DNA of 63,534 nt, filler included, from Octopus bimaculoides (taxonomy: Eukaryota), in NCBI RefSeq assembly GCF_001194135.2. It is 4 parts of 4 records of this genome, joined end to end, with 100 filler letters (N's around TTAATTAATTAA, not from the genome) between each part and the next. Parts side by side here need not be neighbours in the genome. Positions count along the whole stretch, not along the records: positions 21,492 to 50,148 come from NC_069006.1; 3 more parts are not named here. One strand, given 5' to 3'. The position numbers and the translations under genes were made by a program. The notes below the pieces were generated by a model that worked only from the letters and a program-made list of their open reading frames with translations, made no database searches and was not told the origin of the DNA. Shown here piece after piece: positions 24,926-38,444 of the stretch; the stretch's first letter is position 1, and each line of letters begins with the position of its first letter.

Positions 24926-26799
24926 AAATTGACCCCAGCACACACACATATTAATGCTTGTCTTTGTGTTCAATTGTAATAAAAACAATTTCACATTAAT
25001 CTGATAGGCTGCTCTGTACTTCTGAAGAGAACAAATTTTTTATTCTTATGCAAAAATGTTGCTAAGCTATTGTCGGACTATATATATATATATATATATA
25101 TATATNNNNNNNNNNNNNNNNNNNNNNNNNNNNNNNNNNNNNNNNNNNNNNNNNNNNNNNNNNNNNNNNNNNNNNNNNNNNNNNNNNNNNNNNNNNNNNN
25201 NNNNNNNNNNNNNNNNNNNNNNNNNNNNNNNNNNNNNNNNNNNNNNNNNNNNNNNNNNNNNNNNNNNNNNNNNNNNNNNNNNNNNNNNNNNNNNNNNNNN
25301 NNNNNNNNNNNNNNNNNNNNNNNNNNNNNNNNNNNNNNNNNNNNNNNNNNNNNNNNNNNNNNNNNNNNNNNNNNNNNNNNNNNNNNNNNNNNNNNNNNNN
25401 NNNNNNNNNNNNNNNNNNNNNNNNNNNNNNNNNNNNNNNNNNNNNNNNNNNNNNNNNNNNNNNNNNNNNNNNNNNNNNNNNNNNNNNNNNNNNNNNNNNN
25501 NNNNNNNNNNNNNNNNNNNNNNNNNNNNNNNNNNNNNNNNNNNNNNNNNNNNNNNNNNNNNNNNNNNNNNNNNNNNNNNNNNNNNNNNNNNNNNNNNNNN
25601 NNNNNNNNNNNNNNNNNNNNNNNNNNNNNNNNNNNNNNNNNNNNNNNNNNNNNNNNNNNNNNNNNNNNNNNNNNNNNNNNNNNNNNNNNNNNNNNNNNNN
25701 NNNNNNNNNNNNNNNNNNNNNNNNNNNNNNNNNNNNNNNNNNNNNNNNNNNNNNNNNNNNNNNNNNNNNNNNNNNNNNNNNNNNNNNNNNNNNNNNNNNN
25801 NNNNNNNNNNNNNNNNNNNNNNNNNNNNNNNNNNNNNNNNNNNNNNNNNNNNNNNNNNNNNNNNNNNNNNNNNNNNNNNNNNNNNNNNNNNNNNNNNNNN
25901 NNNNNNNNNNNNNNNNNNNNNNNNNNNTATATATATATATATATATATATATTCAACAAAATCCAAAAGAGAAACTTAGGAAAAAACATAAATAAAACCA
26001 TCCAATGTAATGGCGAATAACATTATTAAATACCTCCAGCTCTATCTACCTCCATATCTACCTCTATATATCTCCCTTTCAGCCCTGCCAAACACGGTCC
26101 AATGTACCACTGACTTCTCTAGCCCAGCCCAGCCCAAAACCAGCGAAGCCCTGCGCCTACCCATTCCAGAGCCAATATCACTCAACTGTGATCCCTTTCC
26201 CAACCCTTTTCGCTGCAGCAACAGCTGGCTTGTTGCTTTATTAATGTCGTGTTCAATCCTTAAATTAAAGAGAATTGTGGATTAATGGAATACAAGAATT
26301 TCCAAAGAGAAACATCTTGACAACCACCGTTTGTTGAAGCATTTTGAAGCATTTTGCTCGTTTCTACATTCTTTCATTCGGTCATTCGTTTATTTATCCC
26401 ATTCGTCGTATTAATTAATTAGCCTATCTCGTTACTTTCTGTAGTTAATCAACGATAGAACCAAGTTAAAATTGTGGGGATTGTGGTGATGGTGGTGGTG
26501 GTGGTGGTGGTGGTGAAGAGGAAAGGAAGTCGGAGAAATTTGTGGGTGATATTGGTGGTGGTAGTGATGAGATGATGAGGATGATGCTGATGATGACAGT
26601 AATGGTGACGTCGAGGAGAATGAGGGAAAGGAAGTGGTACAGGATTTGTTTGGTGATGGTGTAGGATGTGGGGCTGCTGCTGCTGATGATGATGATGATA
26701 ATGATGGTGATGATGATGATGATGTGGAGGAGGAGGAGGATGTTGGTAATAGTAGAGGTGTTGCAGATGATGAATACGATAATGAAGTGGATGGGGAGA

Positions 26800-27430
26800 A
26801 AGATTTCTGATGGCTTATCCGGTATTTCCTGGAGGAATCTGTCCAGGTACTGTTTGAAAGTTGTGGGTCTTTTTCTACTTTAACTTCTTTCGGGATAACA
26901 TTGAAAAGAGCAGGACCGTTTGCAGTGAAGAAATTGTGTCGCAACGTTCTTATGTGATGTGATCTCGACCTTCGTAGGGGTCACATTGCACGGGGGCCTA
27001 GTCTTGGGTGAATTGTAAACATAATACCGATATCATTTGGATAATATTGGTAGAATATTTTCCACATGGTGCAAATGATGTATCGCTCACGACGGCGTTG
27101 CATAGAATAGAGTTTCAGCTGTTTAAGTCGAGTTCAATAATCAAGTCCCGTCATGCAATCTATTTTATTAATGATTGATCTTTGTGGTGATTAGATCCTC
27201 ATTATGTCTTATTTTTTTTTAGGGGGACCACAATGGGCAGCAGTATTCGAGATGGGGACTAGCGAATGTGGAGAAGAGAAGGATGGTGATTTCATGATCC
27301 CTAGACTGGAAAGTTCTGAGGATCCATGAGCACATTTTGCGGGCAACATCGACTTTTTTGTTGATGTGCACACTCCAGCTAATGGTTGCTGTCGACAGTT
27401 ACACCTAAGTCTCTGATATTATCCGACGGT
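26800..27430 (-). mobile_element. CR1/L2-group LINE C-terminal relic
   Basis: minus translation DNIRDLGVTVDSN..KKVDVARKMCSWILRTFQSRDHEITILLFSTFASPHLEYCCPLWSP..RHNFFTANGPALFNVIPKE..LDRFLQEIPDKP. Confidence 0.88.
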
Positions 27431-27964
27431 TCAAGTAGGTGGTGGTGGTAGTGGTTAGTAATATTAGTAGCTGTGGTGAGTGTGTTGNNNNNNNNNNNNN
27501 NNNNNNNNNNNNNNNNNNNGGTAGTGGTGGTGGTGGTGGTGGTGTTAGTAACCGTAGTGGTGGTAGTGGTGGTGGTGGTGGTGTAGTGGTGGTTGTGTTG
27601 GTGATAGTGATGATGGTGACAGCAGTGACAATAGTGGTGTGGTAGTGGTGGTGGTGGTAGTGAAAGTAGTGGTGGTGACGTAGTTGTAGTAGCGGTATTA
27701 GTTGTGCAGTGGTTGGTTGGTGGTAGCAGTAGTTGTAACGTTTGTCAAAATTGTTGTGGTCGGTGTAGAGACGTAGTGTAGGAGGCAGTGCTAATGGTTG
27801 TGGCTCGCATGTGGAGGAGGTGGTATTGTTGTACAGACATGCCATATACATTCAGCAGGGTGGAATGGTGGAGAATCCCGAATATTTATTGAACGCTGGT
27901 TTAATTAAAACCTAAACTAATTTCAGCAAAATCCGTCTGTCTGTGCGTCTACCTCTTATTTCCT

Positions 27965-28330
27965 CACCCCTCCTCCTCCTCCTCCTTCTTCTTCTTCTTG
28001 TCCTTGTTGTTATTGTTGTTGTTGTTTTTCTTTTTCTTCTTTTCCTTCTTGTTCTTCTTCTTCTTGTTCTTCTTGTTCTTGTTCTTCTTCTTGTTCTTCT
28101 TGTTCTTGTTCTTCTTCTTCTTGTTGTTCTTGTTGTTGTTGTTGTTCTTCTTGTTGTTGTTCTTCTTGTTGTTGTTCTTCTTGTTGTTGTTCTTCTTGTT
28201 GTTGTTGTTCTTCTTGTTGTTGTTGTTCTTCTTGTTGTTGTTCTTCTTGTTGTTGTTCTTCTTCTTGTTTTCCTTCTTCTTCTTCTTCTTCTTCTTCTTC
28301 TTCTTCTTCTTCTTCTTCTTCTTCTTCCAG
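27965..28330. repeat. (CTT)n/(GTT)n compound trinucleotide array
   Basis: visible; source of poly-R/L/F ORFs. Confidence 0.95.
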
Positions 28331-28552
28331 CTGCTTTATCCTTCCCTCCTGCCCTTCTGCTTCTCCTCCTTCGTCCGTGTTGTTCTAAAGCCATCCCGGT
28401 CAAGAGATCCGAACCAGATATCGTGTAAGGTGACGTAATGGCGTCGAGCCTTGAGGCTGGGTGTCTTGGAATGGAAGGTGTTAAGTGATTCTGAGAGATA
28501 CATCGTGTCCTGTCCACCCCACAAGCATGCTGGTGTCAAGAGCTGGTAGTTG

Positions 28553-29060
28553 ACGATGACGACGACGAGGATGATGAAAATGATGATGATCATGATGATG
28601 ATAATGATGAAAAGAAGAAGAAAAAGATGATGATGGTGATGGTGACGATGATGGTGTAGAAGAAAAGATAAACAAGAAACAAGTGATGATGATGGTGATG
28701 ACGATGATGGCAAAAGAAAAGGAAAGAAGAAAAGAAGTTGATGATGATGATAATGATGACGATGATAAGGATGGGGTGGTGGTGCTGGTGGTGATGATGA
28801 TGATGATGATGATGGCAACGATGATGATGATGATGACAACGGTGATGATGATGATGCTGATGGCGATGACGATGGTGACGACGACGACGACGATGACAGT
28901 AATGATGATGATGTTGATGAGGATAATTATGATGAGGATGATGAGGATGATGATGATAAAGAAGAACAAGAAAACGAAAGAGAAGAAGAAAGAAAAGAAA
29001 GACAAAAACAAGATGATGACGATAATTATTATGCTGATGATGACGACGATGAAAATGATG
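28553..29060. repeat. (GAT/GAC/GAA)n low-complexity tract
   Basis: visible. Confidence 0.9.
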
Positions 29061-29622
29061 ATGGAGCGGAGGAAGAGAGAGTGGAATAAAAATGCATATC
29101 AATGTTTAAGTGATGATAGCGCCGAGCATTATGAAATGAACATTTCGTAGGAATATTTTTCGAAACGGGATGGAAGCAGTAATTCTACTAAAAAGTAACG
29201 TCTGTTTTCAGTTCAACATGTCTGTTCCACACGCAACATTACTACTCTACTTTTCAGAACCAGCTATTTTGCTTGTTACAAGATTAGCGGCTGGACGTCG
29301 TTTATTTTTCTGTACATTGCGAGACAGGGTGAATGACCGCCGTTTCTAGCAGACTGGTGTCAAGTACTAAGGAAGGGCAAATACCCTGAAACCAGGCTGG
29401 TAAACTGATCCTACCAAATCGCTAAGTGTTAAGGGTTCAGTCCCTTGCTGGCAATATGCTGGACACAGATTGTGTCGTTGACCATCTGGAGAAGGTGTTC
29501 TCCTGGGGTTAAAGATGAGTAGTAACGTGGTTCCGCACGGAACAGCCATGTTTAAGGGACAACAAACACTACTTTCCAGTAGAGTTACTACTTGTATCAC
29601 TTACACAGACTTTAGAACTGTA

Positions 29623-29659
<37 letters not shown>

Positions 29660-29660
<1 letters not shown>

Positions 29661-29849
29661 AAGACACGATTGTTATTTAAAATACCGATCTTATCAGGTG
29701 GCCACTGATGAAGGCAAAGCATTTCTTATGCACAGCCAGAAATCCGGGATCTAGAATTATCCAGTAATTTTTTGCTAGTTTATTTTGTCTCTTTGTCTTC
29801 TCTCCTGATGCTGTATGAACATTTAATGTGGTTTTAGAGTCAAGTTTTG
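29660..29849 (+). mobile_element. short repeat (family H2) with hammerhead-like motif, rearranged copy
   Basis: 29703-29849 matches the reverse complement of 47045-47188; 29672-29704 matches 46912-46945 in direct orientation. Confidence 0.75.
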
Positions 29850-30088
29850 NNNNNNNNNNNNNNNNNNNNNNNNNNNNNNNNNNNNNNNNNNNNNNNNNNN
29901 NNNNNNNNNNNNNNNNNNNNNNNNNNNNNNNNNNNNNNNNNNNNNNNNNNNNNNNNNNNNNNNNNNNNNNNNNNNNNNNNNNNNNNNNNNNNNNNATATA
30001 TATATATATATATATATATACTGAACTACTTGGCAAAATTGTTAATTATTAATTCTATTATTAATTGACGATTCCCTGCCCTTATTCT

Positions 30089-30127
<39 letters not shown>

Positions 30128-30136
30128 GCAGACAAC

Positions 30137-30297
30137 AAGCTTCTTTCAGTTTCCATCTGCCAAATCCACGCCCAAGGGTTTGATCGGCCCAAGGCTATAC
30201 TGGAAGACACTTGCCCAATATGCTACGCAGTAGGACTGAACCTGGAACCACGTTGTGGGGGAAGCAAGGTTCTTACCCCACAACCAATCTTGTGCCT
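30137..30297 (-). mobile_element. SINE group A 5' half
   Basis: reverse complement of head through GAAACTGAAAGAAGC. Confidence 0.85.
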
Positions 30298-30432
30298 ATA
30301 CAATTTATATTCAGTCTCTATATACATGTTGATATTAACTTATTTCCATTTATACGAATGTGTGTGTGTGTGTGTGTGCGTATGTATGTGAGTGAATGTG
30401 AATATATGTATTGGTCTACATCGTTCACTTAC

Positions 30433-30471
30433 CGGACAATCCACTTTAACAAATTGCAGACTTCTCACATT
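30433..30471 (-). CDS. candidate internal coding exon (39 nt, phase 0-0): NVRSLQFVKVDCP
   Basis: long pyrimidine tract TTCTGTCTCTTTTTCTTATTCTAATCTCCAAG| and CCG|GTAAGT donor; only one open frame. Confidence 0.4.
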
Positions 30472-30546
30472 CTTGGAGATTAGAATAAGAAAAAGAGACA
30501 GAATAAATAAAGCAAAAATATAGGGATAAAATCTAAAAGACGTACA

Positions 30547-30578
<32 letters not shown>

Positions 30579-31307
30579 TTGGCGCATAGAGACTATGAAA
30601 CAAAACCACACATCTTTAGGCTTGAGCCAAGTTGATCCAAGTGGAATCAATGCTACATATCTGTGACTAACTCTCTCGATGTATAGCAATTCAAGGAATT
30701 AATTAAAGAAAAAAAAAAATACTTGCTATAAATACATGCAATGTGTGTGTGTGGGCGTGCTTGTTTGTATGTGAATGTATATGTGTGTGTGTGCGTGTAT
30801 GTATATATATATATATCCATATATACATAGATATGTATGTACGCCTCTGTCTGTCAATATCTATACATATCTATCTGTNNNNNNNNNNNNNNNNNNNNNN
30901 NNNNNNNNNNNNNNNNNNNNNNNNNNNNNNNNNNNNNNNNNNNNNNNNNNNNNNNNNNNNNNNNNNNNNNNNNNNNNNNNNNNNNNNNNNNNNNNNNNNN
31001 NNNNNNNNNNNNNNNNNNNNNNNNNNNNNNNNNNNNNNNNNNNNNNNNNNNNNNNNNNNNNNNNNNNNNNNNNNNNNNNNNNNNNNNNNNNNNNNNNNNN
31101 NNNNNNNNNNNNNNNNNNNNNNNNNNNNNNNNNNNNNNNNNNNNNNNNNNNNNNNNNNNNNNNNNNNNNNNNNNNNNNNNNNNNNNNNNNNNNNNNNNNN
31201 NNNNNNNNNNNNNNNNNNNNNNNNNNNNNNNNNNNNNNNNNNNNNNNNNNNNNNNNNNNNNNNNNNNNNNNNNNNNNNNNNNNNNNNNNNNNNNNNNNNN
31301 NNNNNNN

Positions 31308-31406
<99 letters not shown>

Positions 31407-31549
31407 CATACGTATATATATTCATACCTACCTACATATATACATGCATATATCTATGTACACATGTATGTATGCTAGTGTGTGTTTATGTATATATATA
31501 AACATTCATATATATATATATAGACATATATACACATATATATATATAT

Positions 31550-31594
<45 letters not shown>

Positions 31595-31753
31595 TATATA
31601 TACATACAGACACACATAGATATATAGTCATTCATGCACTTAAGCACACACATATATTTACTTAAATGTGTGTGTGTGCATGTGCGTGTGTGTGTTACAC
31701 GAGGTTAGCTCTGCATCAGCGCGCATATTTAAATACAGTCAAACACACCTAAA

Positions 31754-31824
<71 letters not shown>

Positions 31825-31837
31825 GCANNNNNNNNNN

Positions 31838-31877
<40 letters not shown>

Positions 31878-32120
31878 GCATGCATACATACTCACACACA
31901 CGTACACATTTCAAACAGCGGATGATACCCAGTTCTTGATACTATTGGGAATTCTCAATTCGCACTTTGGCGCGTGTCTTCATCAAATCACATTTACCAT
32001 CTTCCCGCTTCCTTTCCTAGTCTTTTATTCACGCCTTCATACCGTCAATCCGATCTTTCCCAATCACCTATTTCTCTTCTTAAATTCTTTAACTCATCTT
32101 AATATCAAAACCTACCTCTT

Positions 32121-32156
<36 letters not shown>

Positions 32157-32368
32157 TTCCCCTTTCTCTGTATTCCAGCTCTCATGCTTTCCTATTTACT
32201 ACGACGTTATATCCACCTATCTACCTGTCTATGTATGTATGTATGCATACATGCATGTATGTATGCATGCATGTATGTATGTATGCATGTATGTATGCAT
32301 GCATGTATGTATGCATGTATCCACACACACACATATATATATATTTATATGTATGTATGTATGTATGT

Positions 32369-32570
32369 AAACGTCGAGTTAGAATAGAGGCAACTGATGA
32401 AGGAATCATTCCAAGTGGCTATCTGTTTTCCTATATGTTCGTTCCGTTGTCTGTAGTTCATTGTTCTAACGTCCTGTACCCTGATATGCATCTATATACA
32501 CATGTAGATGTATGTACATATATGTGTGTATACATGCATATATATTCTTTGTATTATGTATGTATGTACG
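32369..32570 (+). mobile_element. short TA-embedded repeat (family H3)
   Basis: close match to 42154-42375 and to the reverse complement of 50250-50452. Confidence 0.85.
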
Positions 32571-32610
32571 TATGCATATATATATATAAAATTCAAATTA
32601 CGATAAACGT

Positions 32611-32765
32611 AAACAAACAAACGAAGTTTGCTTTTAGAAGCGTTGAGATGTCTTTAGAAAGTTAAAGAAGTGATTTTAAATTCTCAAACGCAGGATAATG
32701 CTAATAATATAGCCTGAACAGGATAAACTACCCCTACTTTGCAGAGAAAAGTGTAGGTGGTTAGC
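32611..32765. repeat. direct copy of 48439-48606
   Basis: AAACAAACGAAGTTTGC..CAG(G/A)ATAATGCTAATAATATAGCCTGAACAGGATAAACTACCCCTA..GCAGAGAAAAGTGTAGGTG in both. Confidence 0.9.
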
Positions 32766-33600
32766 TATGAGACACGAACTCATCATCATCATCATCATCA
32801 TCTTTTTCGTCGTCGTCGCCGTCATCGTTATGGCTGTCGTTGTCGTCCTCTTCGTCGTCAGCGTTGATTTCATCATCATCATCGTCATCATCATCATCGA
32901 CATCATCATCATTATCATCATCACCATCACCAACAACAACAGCAACAACAGGATATACAACATTCTCTCTCTTGTGATACCCGCACCACCACCGCCACTA
33001 CCAGAGACACACACAGCTTCAGCATCAACATCGTAAATGCTATCATCACCACGACCACAGTCTCCACCACCTCCACCACCACCAGCTACAACAGCAACAA
33101 CATCACCACAACCACCGCCACCACCAACGAATAAGCAATCAAAAAGATAACAACTACAAAGAAAATACGAAATAACCGAAAACAAATAATTAAATAAATA
33201 AGAAATAAATTAATAAATGAATAGATATCAAAAAAAAAAAAAGGACGGGATTGTATAACTACTCAAATAAGCAAATAGTACAAATAAATATACAAATAAG
33301 TAAAAATACAAATAAGTAAACATAAAAAAAGAAACATGTTTAAAAAAATTAAAAATAAAAAGATATATATAGTAAAGTAATAAAAATAAATAAGAATAAT
33401 GTAAATGGATAAAAGCGAAAAATAAATAAAATAAAATGGCAGAAAAGAGATTTTTTTGCATTATCAACTTCTCGAAATACAATCTTGTTGACTTTTCATT
33501 AATTGTGTGACGGGATGAAAAGATGGCGGAGAAGAAAACGCTGTAAGAGAAGCAAAGTGAGAGATAAATAAATAAATGATACATTTATACATAGATCGGT

Positions 33601-33772
33601 GCTGGCGTGGCTGTGTGGTAAGACGCTTGCTTCTCAATCATATGATTCTGGGTTCAGTCCTACTGTGTGGTAACCTTGGGCAAGTATCTTCTACTATAGT
33701 CCTGGGTTGACCAACGACTTGTGGGTCGATTTGGTAGACGGAAACTGAAAGAAGACCGTCGTTTGTATATAC
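33601..33772 (+). mobile_element. SINE group A 5' half (runs into gap)
   Basis: GGCGTGGCTGTGTGGTAAG, GGGTTCAGTCC, CCTTGGGCAAGT, GACGGAAACTGAAAGAAG. Confidence 0.88.
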
Positions 33773-34332
33773 ATACCTACATACATATNNNNNNNNNNNN
33801 NNNNNNNNNNNNNNNNNNNNNNNNNNNNNNNNNNNNNNNNNNNNNNNNNNNNNNNNNNNNNNNNNNNNNNNNNNNNNNNNNNNNNNNNNNNNNNNNNNNN
33901 NNNNNNNNNNNNNNNNNNNNNNNNNNNNNNNNNNNNNNNNNNNNNNNNNNNNNNNNNNNNNNNNNNNNNNNNNNNNNNNNNNNNNNNNNNNNNNNNNNNN
34001 NNNNNNNNNNNNNNNNNNNNNNNNNNNNNNNNNNNNNNNNNNNNNNNNNNNNNNNNNNNNNNNNNNNNNNNNNNNNNNNNNNNNNNNNNNNNNNNNNNNN
34101 NNNNNNNNNNNNNNNNNNNNNNNNNNNNNNNNNNNNNNNNNNNNNNNNNNNNNNNNNNNNNNNNNNNNNNNNNNNNNNNNNNNNNNNNNNNNNNNNNNNN
34201 NNNNNNNNNNNNNNNNNNNNNNNNNNNNNNNNNNATATATAGGTATACATGTGGTATGGTATGTATGTGTATATATATATGTACATATATATAAAACTGT
34301 ATATATATATATTGATATATTGATAGATATAT

Positions 34333-34367
<35 letters not shown>

Positions 34368-34714
34368 CACATATGCATATCTCTATATAATGATAAGAAA
34401 AAAGGGTAGAGTGGTGATTCTATAAAAACAAATATAACAATAAAAAAACACAAGTACGACGAAAACAACATACTGCAAATGATGGATTGGTCATCGAAAT
34501 ACATGCGCACGTGTGCATGTTCGTAGTGTGTGTGTGAATGTGTGTTTTCATATGTGCGCGAGTGTGCATGTTTATGTGTATGTGTATGTACGTGTTGAAG
34601 GTAGCGGCATTCTCTGTTCGAAGTTTCCAATGCCAAACTGCCTCTCACTCGCTCTGACAAACATGGCCGTCCTCACCACCGGAGGCAATTAAATTCTGAT
34701 GCATGTATGTATAC

Positions 34715-34761
<47 letters not shown>

Positions 34762-35382
34762 TGTGGTTAATCTTCGTTGGTGATTTATCAGAGGAACGAA
34801 AAATATTGGGGATAAAAGATGGAGGACAAACACAAAGCAAGAACGTTATTGAATTTAAAAGGAAAAAACAAAACAAGAATAAATCNNNNNNNNNNNNNNN
34901 NNNNNNNNNNNNNNNNNNNNNNNNNNNNNNNNNNNNNNNNNNNNNNNNNNNNNNNNNNNNNNNNNNNNNNNNNNNNNNNNNNNNNNNNNNNNNNNNNNNN
35001 NNNNNNNNNNNNNNNNNNNNNNNNNNNNNNNNNNNNNNNNNNNNNNNNNNNNNNNNNNNNNNNNNNNNNNNNNNNNNNNNNNNNNNNNNNNNNNNNNNNN
35101 NNNNNNNNNNNNNNNNNNNNNNNNNNNNNNNNNNNNNNNNNNNNNNNNNNNNNNNNNNNNNNNNNNNNNNNNNNNNNNNNNNNNNNNNNNNNNNNNNNNN
35201 NNNNNNNNNNNNNNNNNNNNNNNNNNNNNNNNNNNNNNNNNNNNNNNNNNNNNNNNNNNNNNATATATATGTACCATATTAAGCACATAAATGTGAAACA
35301 AGGTGGAAAATATAGTACTCGAATACCAGAGGTAGAGTAATATGCTTTATATTATTAACGCTGCAGAAATATCACAAAACTC

Positions 35383-35419
35383 TACTACCCAGATTTTCAC
35401 GTTCCCGTTCATCGGACAG
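35383..35419 (-). ncRNA. candidate degenerate type I minimal hammerhead ribozyme
   Basis: CUGU-CCGAUGA-ACG(GGAA)CGU-GAAA-AUCUGG-GUA-GUAG: core order, perfect helix II, 4-bp helix I; U4C change and mismatched helix III. Confidence 0.45.
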
Positions 35420-36517
35420 GTTATATTGACAATGGAACAAAATAAAATTTGTATATATAAAATATACAATTTACATTAGTTTCTTTTCATTGGTCCTTTC
35501 GACTAACGATTTTTTCTAATCAATGATGATAGGTTTAAAATCGTATTATGTGAGATCGAAGAAAGCCTTAAATCAAAGACCAAAATTTCAAAAATGGCTG
35601 TAGTTAGAAGGGAAAAAACGTTTAAATTAATTAATGATGAAATAAGTTTAATTAAAAGTAAATAAATGTAAGTTTGTATTATAGTAATATTCACTTAGAT
35701 CAATCAAACGGCCTAAAATAAACACACTACTTATACATATACACATTAAAATCATAAAGGTACACACGTACATTAAAGATACAGTCACTAATATATGCAT
35801 ACATACATATCTACAAACATACACAGCCAAAATATAAATATGAATATATATACTGATGTATATATAATATAGATTTAATCAAAAGATTAAATGTGGCACT
35901 TAAAATGTATGTGGCACCAGAATTTGGTAGGGTAAAAACCAGAAACAAAATCAAGAGATTTGGTGAACAAAATTTGAAGAAAAGCAACAAAAATGTATTA
36001 GGTTATAGTAGTACGTACGTTTCGTACAAACTTCATTTATTTATGTAGCACACGAATATCTATACACTTCATACGACTTCGTGCGTATGTCGTGAAAACA
36101 CAACTTTATTGCTACGGGTCAGAAAAGAATAAGAATAAGAGGTGGTGGTGGTATTGGGAAGAAGAAGAAATGGTAGAATGGAAGAAAAAGAAAGAAAGAT
36201 AGAAGAAAATAAAGATAGATAAAGAAAGAGGATATAACACAAATGCGCGCACACACACACACACACACACGCACACATGCATACACACACACACACACAC
36301 ACACATAAAACATACACATACAGAACAATTTTGGACTCTTCTGCTTTCGAAAATCACATTATTTCCTCTCCCCGACTTCCGGTCAATGAATTTTCGTCCA
36401 CATATATGCATATGTGCTTATGTACTTTTCTCCTGACTCCCTGTTCGTATCTGGACTTTTTTCTACATATCCAACGTAGAGCTACGTTAGAGACGCCATA
36501 TTTCTACTTCTAACTTT

Positions 36518-36563
<46 letters not shown>

Positions 36564-36662
36564 NNNNNNNNNNNNNNNNNNNNNNNNNNNNNNNNNNNNN
36601 NNNNNNNNNNNNNNNNNNNNNNNNNNNNNNNNNNNNNNNNNNNNNNNNNNNNNNNNNNNNNN

Positions 36663-36735
<73 letters not shown>

Positions 36736-36769
36736 TATGTGTGTGCGTGTAGTTGAGAGATAGTAAGTG

Positions 36770-36908
36770 ACAACATCCGTTCCTCTAACTTAGAGGTTCG
36801 GCAAAAGAAACCAGTAGAATAAGTACCAAGCTTAAAAAAAGTAATGGCGGACGATTCAGTGAAGGCGGTGCCCCAACATGGCCGCAGTCCAATAACTGGG
36901 ACAAGTAA
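36770..36908 (+). mobile_element. SINE group A 3' part
   Basis: AACTTAGAGGTTCGGCAAAAG..GGCGGTGCCCCAACATGGCCGCAGTC. Confidence 0.8.
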
Positions 36909-37240
36909 TACACAAAATATTTTCCTTGTTTCTATCGTAGGACTGCAGCCATGCTGGTAAATGCCATAAAATTGTGTGGAAATTAATGGAAGCACCGTAA
37001 AACTTTGTGAAAACCCAATGGGATCACTAATCCGACTGTTTTACAAAAAGGATTCACTGGATCAGAAAAGCGGAGGAAAAAAAAATGGCGGTTTGGTTAT
37101 CGCTGGAGCAGCGTTTATTGGAAGGATTGCATGGTTAGAGAAGACCTAGGGTTCAAGAACAACGACAAGATTATGAAGAGAACAGAAACATATATAAGGA
37201 AAAGCAATTGGAACAATAAAATATCAATAAAAGAAAAAAA

Positions 37241-37271
<31 letters not shown>

Positions 37272-37858
37272 TGGAAAAGAAGGGAAAGGTGGAAGAAGGA
37301 CATCAACAAAGACACCAGCAACAATAAGATTGGGGAGGAGGAGGAGAAAATGAGGAAGAGGTGAAAAAACCTCAATAAAGACAACAACAATAAGATGAAG
37401 AAGAAGAAGAAGAAGAATACAAAAGAGATGATGAATACGAAAAGAGATTAAGGAACTCCAAGAAAAAAAAAAAATTTTAAGCAGAACGGAAAAAGGAGGA
37501 AAAAGAAAGGAAGACAGAAGAACAAGAAGAAAGAAAGTAAGAAACAAGGTAAAGCACAGTCTTAAAACCTCAAAGAGAAAAAAACAAGAAAAACCTAGCG
37601 AAACTACGACCACCGCAGCCACCAACACTATCACTACTACCACATACATCAACAATAACGACTCAAAAACCACCAGGGGGTCAACACTACTTGATTACAG
37701 ACATTGAGAAAAAGAAGAAAATTAGACGGTTCATTCGGTGCATAATGTCAGTGGGGAAAAATTTAAGAGACACATCGCGATTTTAATGGCTTCCCCCCGC
37801 AACGGTTTTTCACCGTTTGGCTTATATTTAGGATCATGTTTGTACGTGTATATATGTA

Positions 37859-37907
<49 letters not shown>

Positions 37908-37912
37908 CTCTC

Positions 37913-37944
<32 letters not shown>

Positions 37945-38249
37945 TAGTTTTTGTTTTAAACGACAGCCATTGAGAGTTGCAGGTGTAGAATTTTATTGTT
38001 GCTGCTTAAAGCCATGCATGTACGTGTACGTGTGTGTGTGTGTGGGGGGGGGGGGCGCATACACACACACACACTTACACATGCATTCATACATTCTCAC
38101 TCACGCACAAATTCAAACATGCGCAGGGTTACAGTTACTCGCACGCGCATACAGATATACAGATATACACAATATCACATCACACGCAGATGCTGTGCGT
38201 CAAATAATCACAGGCAATCACAAAAGCAAGATAATGGAGCAGATCTATT

Positions 38250-38292
<43 letters not shown>

Positions 38293-38374
38293 CTCCTTCC
38301 CCACTCTCTCATTACCTATCCATATGTGTGTGTGTGTATGTCTGTTTTTCTTTCTCTCTGTCTCTCTCTGTCTT

Positions 38375-38409
<35 letters not shown>

Positions 38410-38444
38410 GTCTATCTGAAACAGAGTTATTAGTGAGAAATTAT

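Noticed and set aside
27912-29150. Long ORFs rich in poly-R, L, H, M, I (also 9228-9884, 19515-20261, 54869-56279)
   Set aside because: Translations of di- and trinucleotide microsatellites, open in several frames at once; no domain content
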